Shown: in pieces, positions 1-12,084 of the stretch | How the letters are laid out: each line of letters starts with the position of its first letter | Position numbering within the stretch: the first letter of the stretch is position 1 | Notes under the pieces: generated by a model | Told to the model about the DNA's origin: nothing | What the model saw: only the letters and a program-made list of their open reading frames with translations | Databases searched by the model: none | From: Felis catus | Taxonomy: Eukaryota | DNA length: 64,000 bases | Assembly: GCF_018350175.1 (NCBI RefSeq) | Contig: NC_058373.1 | Span: 104,038,001-104,102,000 of the forward strand | Reading direction: 5' to 3' | Program-made: the position numbers and the translations under genes

Positions 1-41
1 TGAAGTCGGACGCTTAACCGACTGCGCCACCCAGGCGCCCC
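1..41 (-). mobile_element. Young feline Can-SINE (SINEC_Fc-type), 5' head only, cut by window edge
   Basis: Reverse complement reads GGGGCGCCTGGGTGGCGCAGTCGGTTAAGCGTCCGACTTCA. Confidence 0.9.
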
Positions 42-42
42 A

Positions 43-575
43 AGATGAAAGCAATTTTAACAGTATATTTTATTTGACCTAATATATTCAAAATGTTATC
101 ATTTTAACATGTTATCATTATAAAAATTATTGAGGACATAGTTTATATTCTTTTTACATTTATAGTACATCTAAACTTGGACACTAATTTATCTTTTTTT
201 TCAACGTTTATTTATTTTGGGGACAGAGACAGAGCATGAACGGGGGAGGGGCAGAGAGAGAGGGAGACACAGAATCGGAAACAGGCTCCAGGCTCTGAGC
301 CATCAGCCCAGAGCCTGACGCGGGGCTCGAACTCACGGATCGCGAGATCGTGACCTGGCTGAAGTCGGACGCTTAACCGACTGCGCCACCCAGGCACCCC
401 AGACTTGGACACTAATTTAATTGGAAATATTTGATCTGTATTTCGCTTTCACAAAATTTATATTTGATTTATATATTTTTATATGTTATAAATTATATTT
501 TTATGATTTTTTTATATACCCAATTTGTTCCAAAAATAGTTAATCATTGTCTAATAACTGAATTGAGTTTCATTT
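43..575. mobile_element. hAT-Charlie DNA transposon fossil (Charlie1/MER33-like), interrupted by a SINE
   Basis: AT-rich sequence resembling recalled MER33/Charlie1 consensus (tatattttatttgacctaatatattcaaaatgttatcatttt; ggaaatatttgatctgtattt). Confidence 0.6.
194..400 (-). mobile_element. Young feline Can-SINE (SINEC_Fc-type)
   Basis: tRNA-like head, (CT)n body, A-tail; TSD acttggacactaattta on both sides. Confidence 0.95.
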
Positions 576-594
576 CAGATGTGTCAGCCATGGT

Positions 595-850
595 CCACCT
601 AGGAGACAAACCACATCGGTATTTGAACGCGGAGAAATTCATCCAAAGAATTGTTGGCTATACAAAATTATCAATTTGGTAACTAAACAGGCTAAAAAAG
701 AGAGTTGAGAGAACTGTATGCTCTCACCGACATAGCAACCGCAGGAAGCAGTGACCACGGCTAGGGCTGCGGAAATAAAAGGAAAGGACTGGAATTAATA
801 AAACTCAGGAACTTAAAAGTGGGGCCCCAGGAGATAAAACTCAGCCCTTA
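595..850. mobile_element. Ancient ERVL-type LTR fragment
   Basis: Similar in layout to the LTR-like segments at 36.57 and 51.95 kb (caggaagcagtgaccacggctagggctg). Confidence 0.3.
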
Positions 851-1132
851 GAGAAAGAAGCACTGCTTGCCTGCCATTGCGCCAGCATTCGGAGGATTTC
901 TAATTAGCCCCAGTAAAACTGTTGTATGCATTTCCAAACATTCTACTGCCAGGGCTAATACATTTTTACATGGCAGCTGAAATAAGTCTAAACTACTCAT
1001 AGGTATAAAATTAAAAGCATTAAGCTGATGAAGAGCTGGACTGAAAAGGTTCTTGAAATTTTCATGGGAGCAAGAGATACTCCCCAAAGTTGCCTTGTTC
1101 AGTTTTAGTAATTGACAAATGATCACCTCAGT

Positions 1133-1357
1133 CAGGGATTAGCAGACTATGGGATGGGGATCAAATCTGGTCTGCTACCTGTTTTTATAAATACAAGTTT
1201 TATTGGAACACAGCCATGTTCACTTATTTATGTGTTGTCTATGGCTGCTTTTCCACCACAATGGTAGAGTTCAGTAGTTGCAACAAAGGTCATATGGCCC
1301 TACAAAGCCTATAATAGATACCATTTTGCTCTTTACAGAAAAGTTTGCACAACCCCG
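1133..1357 (+). mobile_element. MER58A-like hAT-Charlie MITE
   Basis: Core aagttttattggaacacagccatg...tgtctatggctgcttt, degenerate CAGGG/CCCTG-type ends, paralogous to 37553-37765. Confidence 0.85.
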
Positions 1358-2253
1358 ATGTAAAACTTCTGCTAAAATAAATGTTTAAACATGATCTAGT
1401 AGCAAAGCATTTCCTAATATGCCAGACAATGTATGTCTGTGTAGAGCACAATCCAATCATCCTTATTCTGGGTACCCCAACACTTGTTTCTTAATGTTGG
1501 CTTGCTTTAAGCTTTCCCCAAATCTTAGGAACTGCATAATATCTGCAAGCATATGAATTAAAAATATCCTGGCTACTGGCATTATCTCCTCTGGATTTCT
1601 AAATTCTACTGTACATATTTTTTCGTGGAGTATGATCTAAACTTAAGAGTAGAGTATATCCATATATTTCTTTAAATAATAAACTCCTTCAAAATAGAAA
1701 AAGTAGTCAATCAGTGTAAGAAATAAAAATAAAAAGCTCAATACAGATATTATGGGGGAAAATATATCTTACTCATTGTCAAAGTCAATTGCAGTGCAAA
1801 ATTATATTTAATTTTCCATTCATTACAGTAAAATCGCACAAAGTCTGAGTCTTTCCAAATAATTTTTAACAATATAATTTTTCCAGAAATGGGAAAACCA
1901 GGATCTTTACAGAAATTTTAAAGCTCTAAGATTTTTTAAAAATTCAATATTTCGTTCAGGTTCCCATGTAGAAAGCTAATGTGTATAATTTTCTGGTCTT
2001 AGGCAAAATCTGTGACTCTTAAAGAGAAAACAAAATCTAGACTGCTCTCTTGGACTTTTTAATAACATTCTTTTTATTGTACTTCATCATGTGGGTGATC
2101 CATTTCTTTATCTAAAGTCACAGCCAGACACATAAATGAACAAGAAGGCAAATAACCACCAATGTTATTCAGAGCATAAACTAATTCTGAAATTTGGGCA
2201 TGGTCCCTTTAATAAAAAGCTTACCATTGTGGGAATAATAAACAGTAATAAGC

Positions 2254-2305
2254 CTTCCTCTTCCTCTCCCTCTCTCCCCTCTTTCCCCTCTTTCCCCTCT
2301 TTCTC
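2254..2305. repeat. CT-rich low-complexity tract, (CCCCTCTTT)n-like
   Basis: Directly visible. Confidence 0.8.
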
Positions 2306-2403
2306 CTTGCTTATTTCACTCAGCATAATGTCTTTAAAGTTAATCCACATTGTAACATATGTCAGAATTTCCTTTCTTTCAAGGTTGAATAATATTTCAT
2401 TGT
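2305..2403 (-). mobile_element. Old L1 3' fragment
   Basis: cttatttcactcagcataatgtc...atccacattgtaacatatgtcagaatttcc, typical antisense L1M 3' end. Confidence 0.75.
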
Positions 2404-2419
2404 TAGAGTTGCAATTAAA

Positions 2420-2893
2420 AAAATGTCATTTTTAGAAGTGGAAAGATACACAAAAGGATAAGCAAAGACACAGAGAAATTAAATAATAAAAGCAATAAAG
2501 TAGACTTACTAAAATTGCGTACAATTTGTATCCTGCCAATACAGAGTATGTATTTTTTATGATTATAAAATGTGTAAAAATGATGATACATTTGACTGCA
2601 AAAGAAAAAATCCTTAAAACTTAGGTAAGAGTATTCACAGGCCACAAGAAAATTACAAAGAAATAACAAACTAGTGACTAAAATCATCTTAAAGTTTGGA
2701 AGTTAAGAAATATTTACCTAAATAGCCTCCAAATCAAAGAAATTTAAAACTGACATTGCATGCTATCTAGAAAGCATGGAAAGAATAATTCACATTACAT
2801 ACTTTATATTAAAACAGCTTAATTGTATTCAGAGAAAAACACACAGCCTCAAATTCTTTCATATTTGAAGAAAATTGAAAATAATTTAAACTC
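2420..2893 (+). mobile_element. Highly decayed L1 ORF2 N-terminal region
   Basis: Very A-rich strand with L1-like stretches (aggccacaagaaaat; aaatcaaagaaatttaaaac; cagagaaaaacacacagcctcaaat). Confidence 0.5.
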
Positions 2894-2895
2894 AC

Positions 2896-3168
2896 TGTTA
2901 CAGCCTGAATTGCATCCACCCAAAATTCATATGTTGAAGTCCTAACCCCCACACTGTATTGGAGATAGGGACCTTACAATGGGTGTTGTATGTAGGGGAT
3001 GAATCACAGGAATCTACTCTCGAAGCCAAGACTACATTCTATACACTGTATGTTAGCTAACATGACAATAAATTTTTTAAAAAAGAAAGAGGTCATTGGG
3101 GTACAGTGAGGTCAAAAGGGTGGGCTCTAATCCAATATGACTGGAGTCCCTATAAGAAGAAGAAATTT
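2896..3168 (+). mobile_element. MaLR LTR (MLT1A/B-like) 5' half, interrupted by an L1 tail and truncated at a SINE
   Basis: TG start, aaaattcatatgttgaagtcctaacccc and gggtgggctctaatccaatatgactgg motifs. Confidence 0.8.
2979..3084 (+). mobile_element. Short carnivore L1 3' end inserted in the LTR
   Basis: tgggtgttgtatgta...gatgaatcacaggaatctactc...tatacactgtatgttagctaac...aataaa plus A-tail. Confidence 0.75.
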
Positions 3169-3172
3169 GGGG

Positions 3173-3401
3173 GGGGCGCCTGGGTGGTGCAGTCAGTTAA
3201 GCGTCCGACTTCAGCCAGGTCACGATCTCGCGGTCCGGGAGTTCGAGCCCCGCGTGGGGCTCTGTGCTGATGATGGCTCAGAGCCTGGAGCCTGTTTCCG
3301 ATTCTGTGTCTCCCTCTCTCTCTGCCCCTCCCCCGTTCATGCTCTGTCTCTCTCTGTCCCAAAAATAAATAAACGTCGAAAAAAAAGTTAAAAAAAAAAA
3401 A
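3173..3401 (+). mobile_element. Young feline Can-SINE, no clear TSD
   Basis: Full head, body and A-tail; small gat duplication inside. Confidence 0.93.
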
Positions 3402-3437
3402 TGAGAAAGAAAATCATACAGTAAAAACGGATGTGGA

Positions 3438-3556
3438 GGGGCGCCTGGCTGGCTCAGCTGGTGGAGCATGCAACTCTTAGTCTCAGGGTCATGGGTTCAA
3501 GCCCCATGTTGGGTGATAGAGATTACTTTAATAAATAAATAAAACGTTTGGAAAAA
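3438..3556 (+). mobile_element. Short tRNA-like Can-SINE lacking the (CT)n body
   Basis: GGGGCGCCTGGCTGGCTCAG head, B-box GGTTCAAGCC, gagattact plus A-tail; degenerate TSD aaaaac(g/a)gat(g/t)tgg. Confidence 0.85.
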
Positions 3557-3861
3557 AAAAACAGATTTGGGGAAGATGTGGGAATAAATATGTCTGAAAA
3601 GCCAAAAAAGAAAGCAACAGCCTCTGAAGACACAGGACAAGTTCACTGTATTGTGTTGTGTAAGAATGAGAACTTGAGATTCCCTACGAAGAAATAAATA
3701 TCATCCAACTTCCTACCCGAGCAAAGGGCAGCTTAGTAGGAAAGGAGGTACCATGAGTATTTTTAAGATTGCATTCTTTCTAGTATACTCGATGTCTAAA
3801 TCTTACAAAGAGATGTCCTTAGTTACCTCTGAGCTGGGAGACTGTAAAGTCTAACCTGACA

Positions 3862-4083
3862 GGAGCACCAGGGTGGCTCAGTGGGTTGAGCATCTGACTC
3901 TTGGTTTCAGCTAAGGTCATGATCTCATGGTTCGTGGGTTGGAGTCCCATGTCTGGCTCTGCACTGAATGGTGGAGCCTGTTTGGGTTTCTCCCTCTCTC
4001 CCTCTCTCTCTGCCCCTCCCCTATTCGTGCTCTCTCTCTCTCTCTCTCTCTCTCTCAAAATGAATAAATAAAGCTTTAAAAAA
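3862..4083 (+). mobile_element. Older Can-SINE
   Basis: Diverged head, (CT)n, A-tail; TSD gtaaag(t/c)ctaacc(t/a)gac. Confidence 0.9.
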
Positions 4084-4149
4084 GTAAAGCCTAACCAGAC
4101 GTTTGTTAGGCATGGCTCACTCAGGTCACTTGCTCTGTACCCATCCTGC

Positions 4150-4270
4150 CCACTAAAGTGTAAGCGTCATGAGGGCAGGGACCATGTCTGCAGTACATAA
4201 TCCCATCCCTTCTAAAGTGCCCGAGCATGGTAAGTGCTCGCTGAGTATTATTTAACCGACGGACTGAATA
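4150..4270 (+). mobile_element. L2 3' end
   Basis: tgtaagcgtcatgagggcagggaccatgtc...ggtaagtgctc. Confidence 0.65.
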
Positions 4271-4479
4271 ACTTTTTGTTATAAAATTATTTCTCAATCT
4301 TCTCTAATGAATTTTATACGATAAGAGATTGTTTTCATTGAGAAATGGCATACAAAGGGCTTTAGCTCCCCTGAAGATTACATACGAAAATCCCCATAAC
4401 CATTTGTTGTTCTTACGGGACTGCATGGACTCGAAGGACATTTATAATGCCACATAATGCTCTAGGAAGTTAGCCAAGA

Positions 4480-5470
4480 ACTCCACCGTCACCTAGAAGT
4501 TTCGAAACCTTGAGAAGTTTCCTCCTGGTGTGCCTAAGAGTATTCAGGCTCAATCTGCACGCGGAATGTACTGGCTTACGTTGGCATTTTTGTCTTTCCC
4601 CACCTCCCCCCCGTAAGTGACACCACAGTTTCTTTTCAGGGTCATCCGCGATTCCAGCAGTCTTTTCGGTGTGCGGACGAGAGCTGTACGTGCTTCCCCC
4701 GGCTCTCACAGCTGTAATAAGAGACAATCCCCGCAGCACAGTACAGGTTCTCAGCAGGATAAAAGCTGGTTTCTATAAGGTAATATTTCTCCCTTGAGAA
4801 AGTATAGTTTGTAACTCTGGCACTATCAAATTTCCAGGTCATCTTTGCTTGCTGGGAAAAAGAATCCTTATGAAGGGACGTTGCTCCCTGGAGGGAGAAG
4901 AAGGCAACGATCTCCCTCGCCCCCAAACTGCCCCCGCGTCCCGGAAGGATGGCGACAATGGGCCACACGGAGGCCGCCGAGCTGTTGGGCAGAGGTGGTC
5001 TGGGTGACCACAGAAGGGAAGATCCCTTAAATGGATTGACTCCCACGGCCTTCGCGTAAAGCTCTCGCCAACTGACCAACGCGGTCATCAGCCGTGCTCT
5101 GATCAGTTTCAAGTTGTTGAAGTGGCTCAGCGGATTAATAGGATGTTGCGCTGGCTTTCTCAAACGCACACGCCTGGAATCATTTAATGCCATTTTCAAG
5201 GGCAAAAGGAAGGAGATGTGCTAGCACGGCCAGTGAACAGAGAATGAGGGAGCCCCCATCGCCACCACCAAACAGCGAGAAAGAGCACTGCGTGGGAGAA
5301 CATGAGCCCTCCCATTGCACCCGCCTTGCACTCTCTCCGTCTAAACTCCTGGCCGGCACAGTTCCACTTTCCCGGGTCCCCGCCTCAAAGCTGCTAAGGG
5401 AAGGTCCCCTGCCCTCTAACACGAACCCCAAAGTACATATACCTGCCCATCTCACTGCACTTCCCGTCAG
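4480..5470. promoter_or_regulatory. CpG-rich unique segment, candidate orphan CpG island / enhancer / promoter
   Basis: Roughly 40-45 CpGs per kb by hand count against a depleted background; CCGGAAG overlapping GATGGCG near 4941-4954; GGATTA near 5132; no repeats recognised. Confidence 0.5.
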
Positions 5471-6566
5471 GAGAACACTACAAGGCAACATCTTTGTGAC
5501 CTTTGGAGTTTACTTCGATTTTTCAAAAATCTGGAATAGACCTAGTAAAGGGGGAAGAAGAATCACTTGAGTAGAGTTGCACCCTGGGTAGCCTCAGGGT
5601 GAGGTTTACAACATCATTATTGGGTTCTATTTACTGAGTGTCTTACCTGCTCTATTATCTGTTTTTTTCAGATGTGAGCTGTTTTTGATTTTTAATTGCT
5701 CTCAATTACCAAATGCCTTACTCATTACACTATCTGGCCTTTCAGATGCGCCCTCCTTTTTCTTTCACTGTGAAGAGAGTCTAGCCTGACAAAATTGGTA
5801 ACTTGTTTAGGAATCCAAGAACTGTGAAGCACTACAGTGTACATACAGGTTGAGCTGACAGATTCCATAGCGGTGACTGGCATTTGTCTTAGTCCTTATG
5901 ATCAATGCTTTTTATAAGGACCAAAGAATTTGCCTTCAAAGAGAAATTTTAAATACTGACAATGGATTCGATAAGGATCAAATATTTCGTTGCATCAAAG
6001 GCCTTCCGTATTCAAAGGGACCGCTTCAGTGTCCTCCCATTATCTTCTAAAAACAAACAAGCAAACAAGTAAACCTTTGGGGTCTTTTGTAATTTAAAGA
6101 AGTTATAGTAGCGCTTAAATTTCTGAAAATGCCCATGTAGACAAATATATCCTAATATGTCTGCGGGAGGAGATAACAATGGAAACCCTTTCCAAAAAGT
6201 GTGAAGTCAGTGATAGATTGAATGGATATAATATACTTTATAATATTTGGGATGTTTACATTTTGTCATTTTTTTTTCCCACTTAAATACTGGACAGAAA
6301 AATATTTTGGCTCATTTATTCTCTTCTAAGAAAGTCTAAGTTGCTTTACATGTGACCAAGCGCAGAGTTAACTAGAATTCCATAATCATACAATTCACTG
6401 TATAGATTCAGATATTCCGTGGCACAAATCATAACCAACAAAAAAATCAGAGCTGCAAAAAGAGAAAAAGCTTATATGAGCATATGCCTATCTATTTGAT
6501 TTCCTTCTAAAGAGTTTACTTTCTTTGTGCACTGTCTTTGGCCAACTACATTATCATTTAAGTTTT

Positions 6567-6802
6567 TTCTTTTTAAAAAAAAATTTTTTTTGTAATATTT
6601 ATTTATTTTTGAGAGAGAGAGAAAGCAGAGTATGAGTAGGGGTGGGGAGGGGCAGGGAGAGAGGGAGACACAGAACTTGAAGCAGGCTCCAGGCTCTGAG
6701 CTCTCAGCACAGAGCCCGAGGTGGGACTCGAACTCACAAACTGTGAGATCATGACCTGAGCCGAATTCAGATGCTCAACCGACTGAGCCACCTAGGTGCC
6801 CC
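6567..6802 (-). mobile_element. Feline Can-SINE, older subfamily
   Basis: TSD tatcatttaagtttt. Confidence 0.93.
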
Positions 6803-7548
6803 TATCATTTAAGTTTTAATCAGTACTCAAGAGAAATCTCTCTGTCTCTCTCTCTCCAATGATTATAGGTCCTTTAGGTATTAGGTACTTTTCATGAACT
6901 CTCAGCCAGTAGCTATGTGTGTGTATTCAATTACCAAAAATCTCTTTCAGATTTCTCTGTCTCAGAACTATCTAAAGAATGAATTGTGCTGGCAGCCATA
7001 CTCATTAAGAAATAGCTTCATAAAAGCAATTTAACCAGGTGAGGGTCCCTGTGCTTATGTAACAGATGGATCAGGCTCTTCTAAGTTTAAAATTTTTCCC
7101 TTTTAAGGCTTTTGATCACCCTGGAGGCTTCATAGAAAGACCAAAAATCTACCTACTTTCACATGTTCATAGTTAACTCACTTCAACATGTGATCGCTTG
7201 GGCTAGGCCCTGGGGTTCAAACATGAATACCACATGGTTCCTCTTCAAGGATCTAACAATCTGAGAAGAAATCAGTAAATAAGATAGCCAACTGTGTCGC
7301 AACATAATAACTATAAAATTATCACTATGGAAAAGGCTCCCAGAGTATGTGAGAGCAAATGATCAATTTCTCCTAGAGGATGTGTAGAAAGGTCATAGAC
7401 TCACTTTATTGCCTGCTTCCAAATATTTAATTTTTCCTTTGGGTGGGATTATAAGGATTATCCCCACTTTGGCTCCAGGGCTGAGTCTTCACAAGTATAA
7501 CCCACTCCCAGACCTCTTCAGGCGATTAGCTCAAAAATGGACGCTATT

Positions 7549-7767
7549 GGGGCGCCTGGGTGGCGCAGTCGGTTAAGCGTTCGACTTCAGCCAGGTCACG
7601 ATCTCGCGGTCCGTGAGTTCGAGCCCCGTGTCAGGCTCTGGGCTGATGGCTCAGAGCCTGGAGCCTGTTTCCGATTCTGTGTCTCCCTCTCTCTCTGCCC
7701 CTCCCCCATTCATGCTCTGTCTCTCTCTGTCCCAAAAATAAATAAATGTTGAAAAAAAAAATAAAAA
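7549..7767 (+). mobile_element. Young feline Can-SINE
   Basis: Perfect TSD aaaaatggacgctatt. Confidence 0.95.
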
Positions 7768-7839
7768 AAAAATGGACGCTATTATTTTCATTGGTCGTAG
7801 GGACTGGTAACAAGGATCCTTATGTCCCATTGGAAGGCT

Positions 7840-8925
7840 TTAAATATTATCTGTACACCAACAATTCTGAAATGTATCTTGCCAGTCTAGACTTCTCTCC
7901 CAAAGGTAGACTCAGATCCCTCTGCCTACTCAACTTCTTCACCTGGGTGTTGAGAGACTTCTAAGAGTCCACATGTCCAAAACCTACGCCAGGATCTTCC
8001 TCCCCAAACCTGCTCTATCTAGGGCCCTCCCCATCTCGATGGTTTAGGCCCAAATCTCGGAGACATTCCGGACTCTTCCTTCATCTCTCACCTCCTATCT
8101 GTCAGGAAATCTTGTTAGCCCTACACTCGGACGCTTTCCAGAATCCCACCATGCCTCATCACTCCCCTTGTGACCACCCTGGTCCAGCCATATTGTCTCT
8201 TGCCTGTATTATTTTAGTAGACTTTTTTGAGTCTACTGATTTCCCAGATTCCATCCCCACGCCCCTACAGTCTGCCTTCAAAGCAGCAGCCACAGAGATC
8301 CTATCAAACCTGACTTGGATCATTTACTCTTTGATTCAAAACCCTGCAGATGAAAAGCCAGAGTCTTTATAGTGGCCCTTATGACTTGGCCCTCCGATAC
8401 TTCCGTGATCTAATATCCAGCTGCTAATCCCTTATTCACTCCATTCCAGCTACACTGGTCCTCTGATGCTGTTTAAACATTCTGGGAATATTCCTGCTCA
8501 GGACCTTTGTGCTGGTTGTGTCTTCTGCCGGGAACACTCTTCCCTAAGCCATTCACATGTCTCTTTTTCACATCCTCATGTCTTTGCTCAAATACCATTT
8601 TCTGGATGAAGGCTCCCTGATCACCAACATAAACTTCAACCCCCCACCCCTTCCTACACTCTCCATCCTCTTCACTCTGCACTATGTTTTTCTTTCTCCA
8701 TGGACTTCATCATCATCTAACATGCTATATGAATTACATATGTGTAAAGTTTACATATAAAATATAAACAAATATATATATATATATATATTTAATGTTT
8801 ATCTTCTCCCATTTGAATATATGCTTCGGAAGAGCAGGGATCTTTATTTAGTTTTGCTTACTGTTGTGTCCCAAGAACCGAGAAAGTTCCTGGCATGCTG
8901 TAGGTGCCCAATAAATATTTTTTTT
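7840..8925 (+). mobile_element. L2 (L2a-like) 3' portion
   Basis: L2 motifs (tgcctactcaac; cattccagctacactgg; caggacctttgtgctgg) ending taggtgcccaataaatattt. Confidence 0.8.
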
Positions 8926-8949
8926 TAATAAACAAATAAAATAGGAAAG

Positions 8950-9112
8950 TCAGAAAGGGCAAGAACTGAGAGAATTGGATCCAAAGCCTGATCAAACTAT
9001 GCCTGAAGTCCACGCTGGACTTTTTTCAGTAGCCCAAAGCCACTATTGGATTTTACTTTTTAAGCCAGTTTGAATTCAGTTTTCTGGTACTTATCAGCAA
9101 AAGCAGCCTAAG
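8950..9112 (+). mobile_element. Old MaLR (MLT1) LTR 3' fragment
   Basis: tgcctgaagtc...ttaagccagtttgaattcagttttctg. Confidence 0.55.
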
Positions 9113-9171
9113 AGATCCAGAGAAACTTCAGAGACCTTGTATGAGGAGGGTCTTAAAAGGTAAATAGGATA

Positions 9172-9286
9172 GGGGAGCCTGGCTGGCTCAGTTGGTGGAG
9201 CACACAACTCTTGATCTTGGGGTTGTGAATTCAAACCCCAAGTTGGGTGTAGAGATTACTTAAAAAAATAAAACCTTAAAAAAAAA
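9172..9286 (+). mobile_element. Short tRNA-like Can-SINE
   Basis: Same structure as 3438-3556. Confidence 0.85.
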
Positions 9287-9299
9287 AAAGTGAATAAGA

Positions 9300-9970
9300 T
9301 CTCATACTCCTTCACAGCCAAGACATTTCCAAGAGTGGTCTGTATACTTTGTCTGCATTTCCTCGTCAGCTCTAAGTAGGCCTCCACACCTAGCACTGAA
9401 CCAAAACTATAGTCAGTCAGGCCATCAGGGGTCTTCTGATTGGACATGTGTTCAACTGCGATCTTGTTTGCCCTCTCTGTAGAGTTTGCCTCTTCTCTGC
9501 AGGGTTGGCCCACTTACCTCTCCGCCTTCCCTTTTTATTATACCACCTTCTTCTGGATTCCCCACTTTGTTTCTGGAAACTGCTTTACACCTCTGTGATG
9601 GAGGCTGGGCATCTCCTGAAATTTGGTGTTCTCCAGGGCCGCGTCTGTGGACCACATCATCTCAGACTCTGCAGTGTCCCTGGGAGGGATCCCCTCCAGT
9701 CCACGACTTCCATAATGTGTAGATGATCTGCCACCCATTCCCAAATTTCTGTGTCCACCTTAGACCTCAGAATACCACATGCACACATTCCATAGCCTAG
9801 CTCTCAGTACCCCTTAGATCTCCCACAGGAATCCCAAACTCAGTAAAAGGAATCCATTGATTTTGAAGCAAAATCCTACTCCGGTCTTCCTTATTTGAAC
9901 GCTCCCTCCTCTTCCAGTTGGTTCTCCAGCCATTTCTCCCTTAGATAAAAGCAGCCACTTCCTACCTGTG
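9300..9970 (+). mobile_element. Decayed L2 fragment
   Basis: Pyrimidine-rich with L2-like motifs (agatgatc...cccaaatttctgtgtccacc; cccaaactcag). Confidence 0.5.
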
Positions 9971-10029
9971 CTCCCGAACTTCAAGTGTCATTCTCTGCCT
10001 GTCCCCTCCACGACTGCCAATCTTTCTCT

Positions 10030-10240
10030 AACCGGTGTTCATTACTGGGGACAGCACCCCACCTAGGGGGCATTTGGGAAAGGTGACGGGGGTGGGGGGT
10101 TACTTTTTGTTATCACATAGATTGCGAGGCAGTGCAAGCATTTAATTGTCACGGTCCAGGGAAGCTAGACACCCTGCAGCACCTGGGGCAGCCACATGTC
10201 CCTCAAATGCCTTGCCAGTCAATTGTGCCACCAAAGCAAC
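10030..10240. mobile_element. MER20-like hAT-Charlie fossil
   Basis: ctaggggcatttgggaaa...ttttgttatcaca...ccagggaagctagacaccctgcag. Confidence 0.5.
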
Positions 10241-10296
10241 TATTGAAATAATTCTCTTTTTGTTTCTTCTTTGTCTTATAATTAGGGCCTTGTTGA

Positions 10297-10298
10297 TG

Positions 10299-10334
<36 letters not shown>

Positions 10335-10420
10335 TATATGTATGTACATATATATGTATGTACATATATATTACATACATATATACGTATATATATGTAT
10401 ATATATATATATGTATATAC
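10297..10420. repeat. Compound (TA)n/(CA)n/(TATG)n microsatellite
   Basis: Directly visible. Confidence 0.9.
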
Positions 10421-11137
10421 TTGTGTGTGCTTAATCTTACAATCCTAGTTTGACCAGCATGCTGCTTTTTTTTTTTTTTTTAAATCAGCGTATCTTTACC
10501 TTCAAATTTTGATTTCAAGATTTCTTTGAAAAAAGCAGAGGTCTAGATTTTTCCTATACTCTTGCATGGCAACAGGCAGCTGGAGCCGAACGGGGGCTGT
10601 ACCCCTTCCACGGCACCTGCTCTCCAGAATTCACTGCAGCCCCTGCCCCACGTTCTCCCCGACTGAGGCAAGAAAGTGAAGCATTGCCACTCATCAAAGT
10701 GTTTGCTATCGGTAACTCCTGTGGCTAAAAGAAGAGTCAAGTGTTTCTTTCATTCATTTGTTGTATCCATCAAAAACCAAAAACTGAAAGATAATGAATG
10801 GGGCCATGTCTTCAAAAAAATGGGAGGGAATGTATTTCTTTGAGGATGTGATGAGCTTTCTCATGTGTTTTCTTACTTTGACCAGCTTTATTCAAGTCTT
10901 AGAAATATTTAACTTTCTGGCATCTTCCCCAACCTAATTTTCAAATTGATTTAACCAAAGCTGCAAATACGGCTATTGTTTCCCTGCTTAAGTACAGAAA
11001 TCCCTCAGTAGCTGTCCATTTTTTTCAAGTGACAAGTCCAAAATCCTGTCCAGGACCCAGAAGACCCTCCCGACCTCATCTGTCACCCCTCCGACTTACT
11101 CTTTCTTTCTTCATCTGCTCTTGAAAGTTTCAAATCA

Positions 11138-11366
11138 GGGGCGCCTGGGTGGCGCAGTCGGTTAAGTGTCCGACTTCAGCCAGGTCACGATCTCGCGGTC
11201 CGTGAGTTCGAGCCCCGCGTCGGGCTCTGGGCTGATGGCTCAGAGCCTGGAGCCTGTTTCCGATTCTGTGTCTCCCTCTCTCTCTGCCCCTCCCCCGTTC
11301 ATGCTTTGTCTCTCTCTGTCCCAAAAATAAATAAATGTCGAAAAAAAAAATTTAAAAAAAAAAAAA
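11138..11366 (+). mobile_element. Young feline Can-SINE
   Basis: Perfect TSD gaaagtttcaaatca. Confidence 0.95.
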
Positions 11367-11384
11367 GAAAGTTTCAAATCAGTT

Positions 11385-11970
11385 TCAAATACTCACGCGT
11401 TCTCTCATTCCCCCTTGCTTGTCTAGGGACATTCTTCAAGCCCTAACTCAGGCATCCTTCCTGTGAAAGGCCCCTTGATGTGAGTTATCATTCCCTGCAC
11501 CTCCCTCCTCACCCTGAAATTTGAGTTAGTACTCCTCAGTGAGCTGTCCTAATGGGCCCACCCCCACTGTATTATCATTTACTGTCCTTCTTTCAGTGCA
11601 TCCCATCAGACTGTGAGATGGTTGAGGTCAGACACCCAGATTTACTCCCCTCCATAGCCCCAGAATCTGGCCCATAGGAGGAGTTCAATATATGTGGAAT
11701 CAACAAACAAGTGGACAAGGAAAGAGAATTCCAGGCACAAGGAACAGCATGAGCAAAGGCACAGAAACACGAAGGCACAGGTTGTGTTTGGGAAATAACA
11801 GGAAGTTGGGTAGCTGGTGCTGTGCTTGGAGATGTGGTGGCAGCCAAATAAATCTGCAAAGGCTGTGGCATCAGATTATAAAGATCTCGGAAAACAAGAC
11901 TGGGGAGGTTGGACTTTTCTCTGTAGGTGTTAGAGAGTCAAAGATGGGTTTAAGTAGGGAAAGCATGTGA
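11385..11970. mobile_element. Two L2 fragments in opposite orientation (+ to about 11710, - after)
   Basis: L2 3' end (ggcccataggaggagttcaatatatg) followed by antisense L2 motif attccaggcacaaggaacagcatgagcaaaggc. Confidence 0.6.
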
Positions 11971-12084
11971 GCAGATGCATATGACAAAATCGAGAAGGAC
12001 ACAGAAATGCCATGTTTTTCTGTCTGCTCTTTTCCTTAAACATTAAATTTTTCCCTAGCAGCGATTACATTGAGAAGACGAAGA

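Noticed and set aside
848..1126. 92-aa minus-strand ORF
   Set aside because: No recognisable protein; at most a decayed LINE remnant that I cannot assign
3438..3556. tRNA gene calls for the short tRNA-like elements (also 9172, 12550, 48457)
   Set aside because: A/B boxes present but followed by SINE tail and poly(A), with diverged stems
4642..5570. 187-aa, 127-aa and 103-aa ORFs over the CpG-rich segment
   Set aside because: Overlapping frames on both strands, no recognisable domain; stop depletion is expected in GC-richer DNA
5641..5650. Isolated strong minus-strand splice donors (CAG/GTAAGA at about 5646 and 63871)
   Set aside because: No convincing paired acceptor; all three frames upstream of the 63871 site are closed
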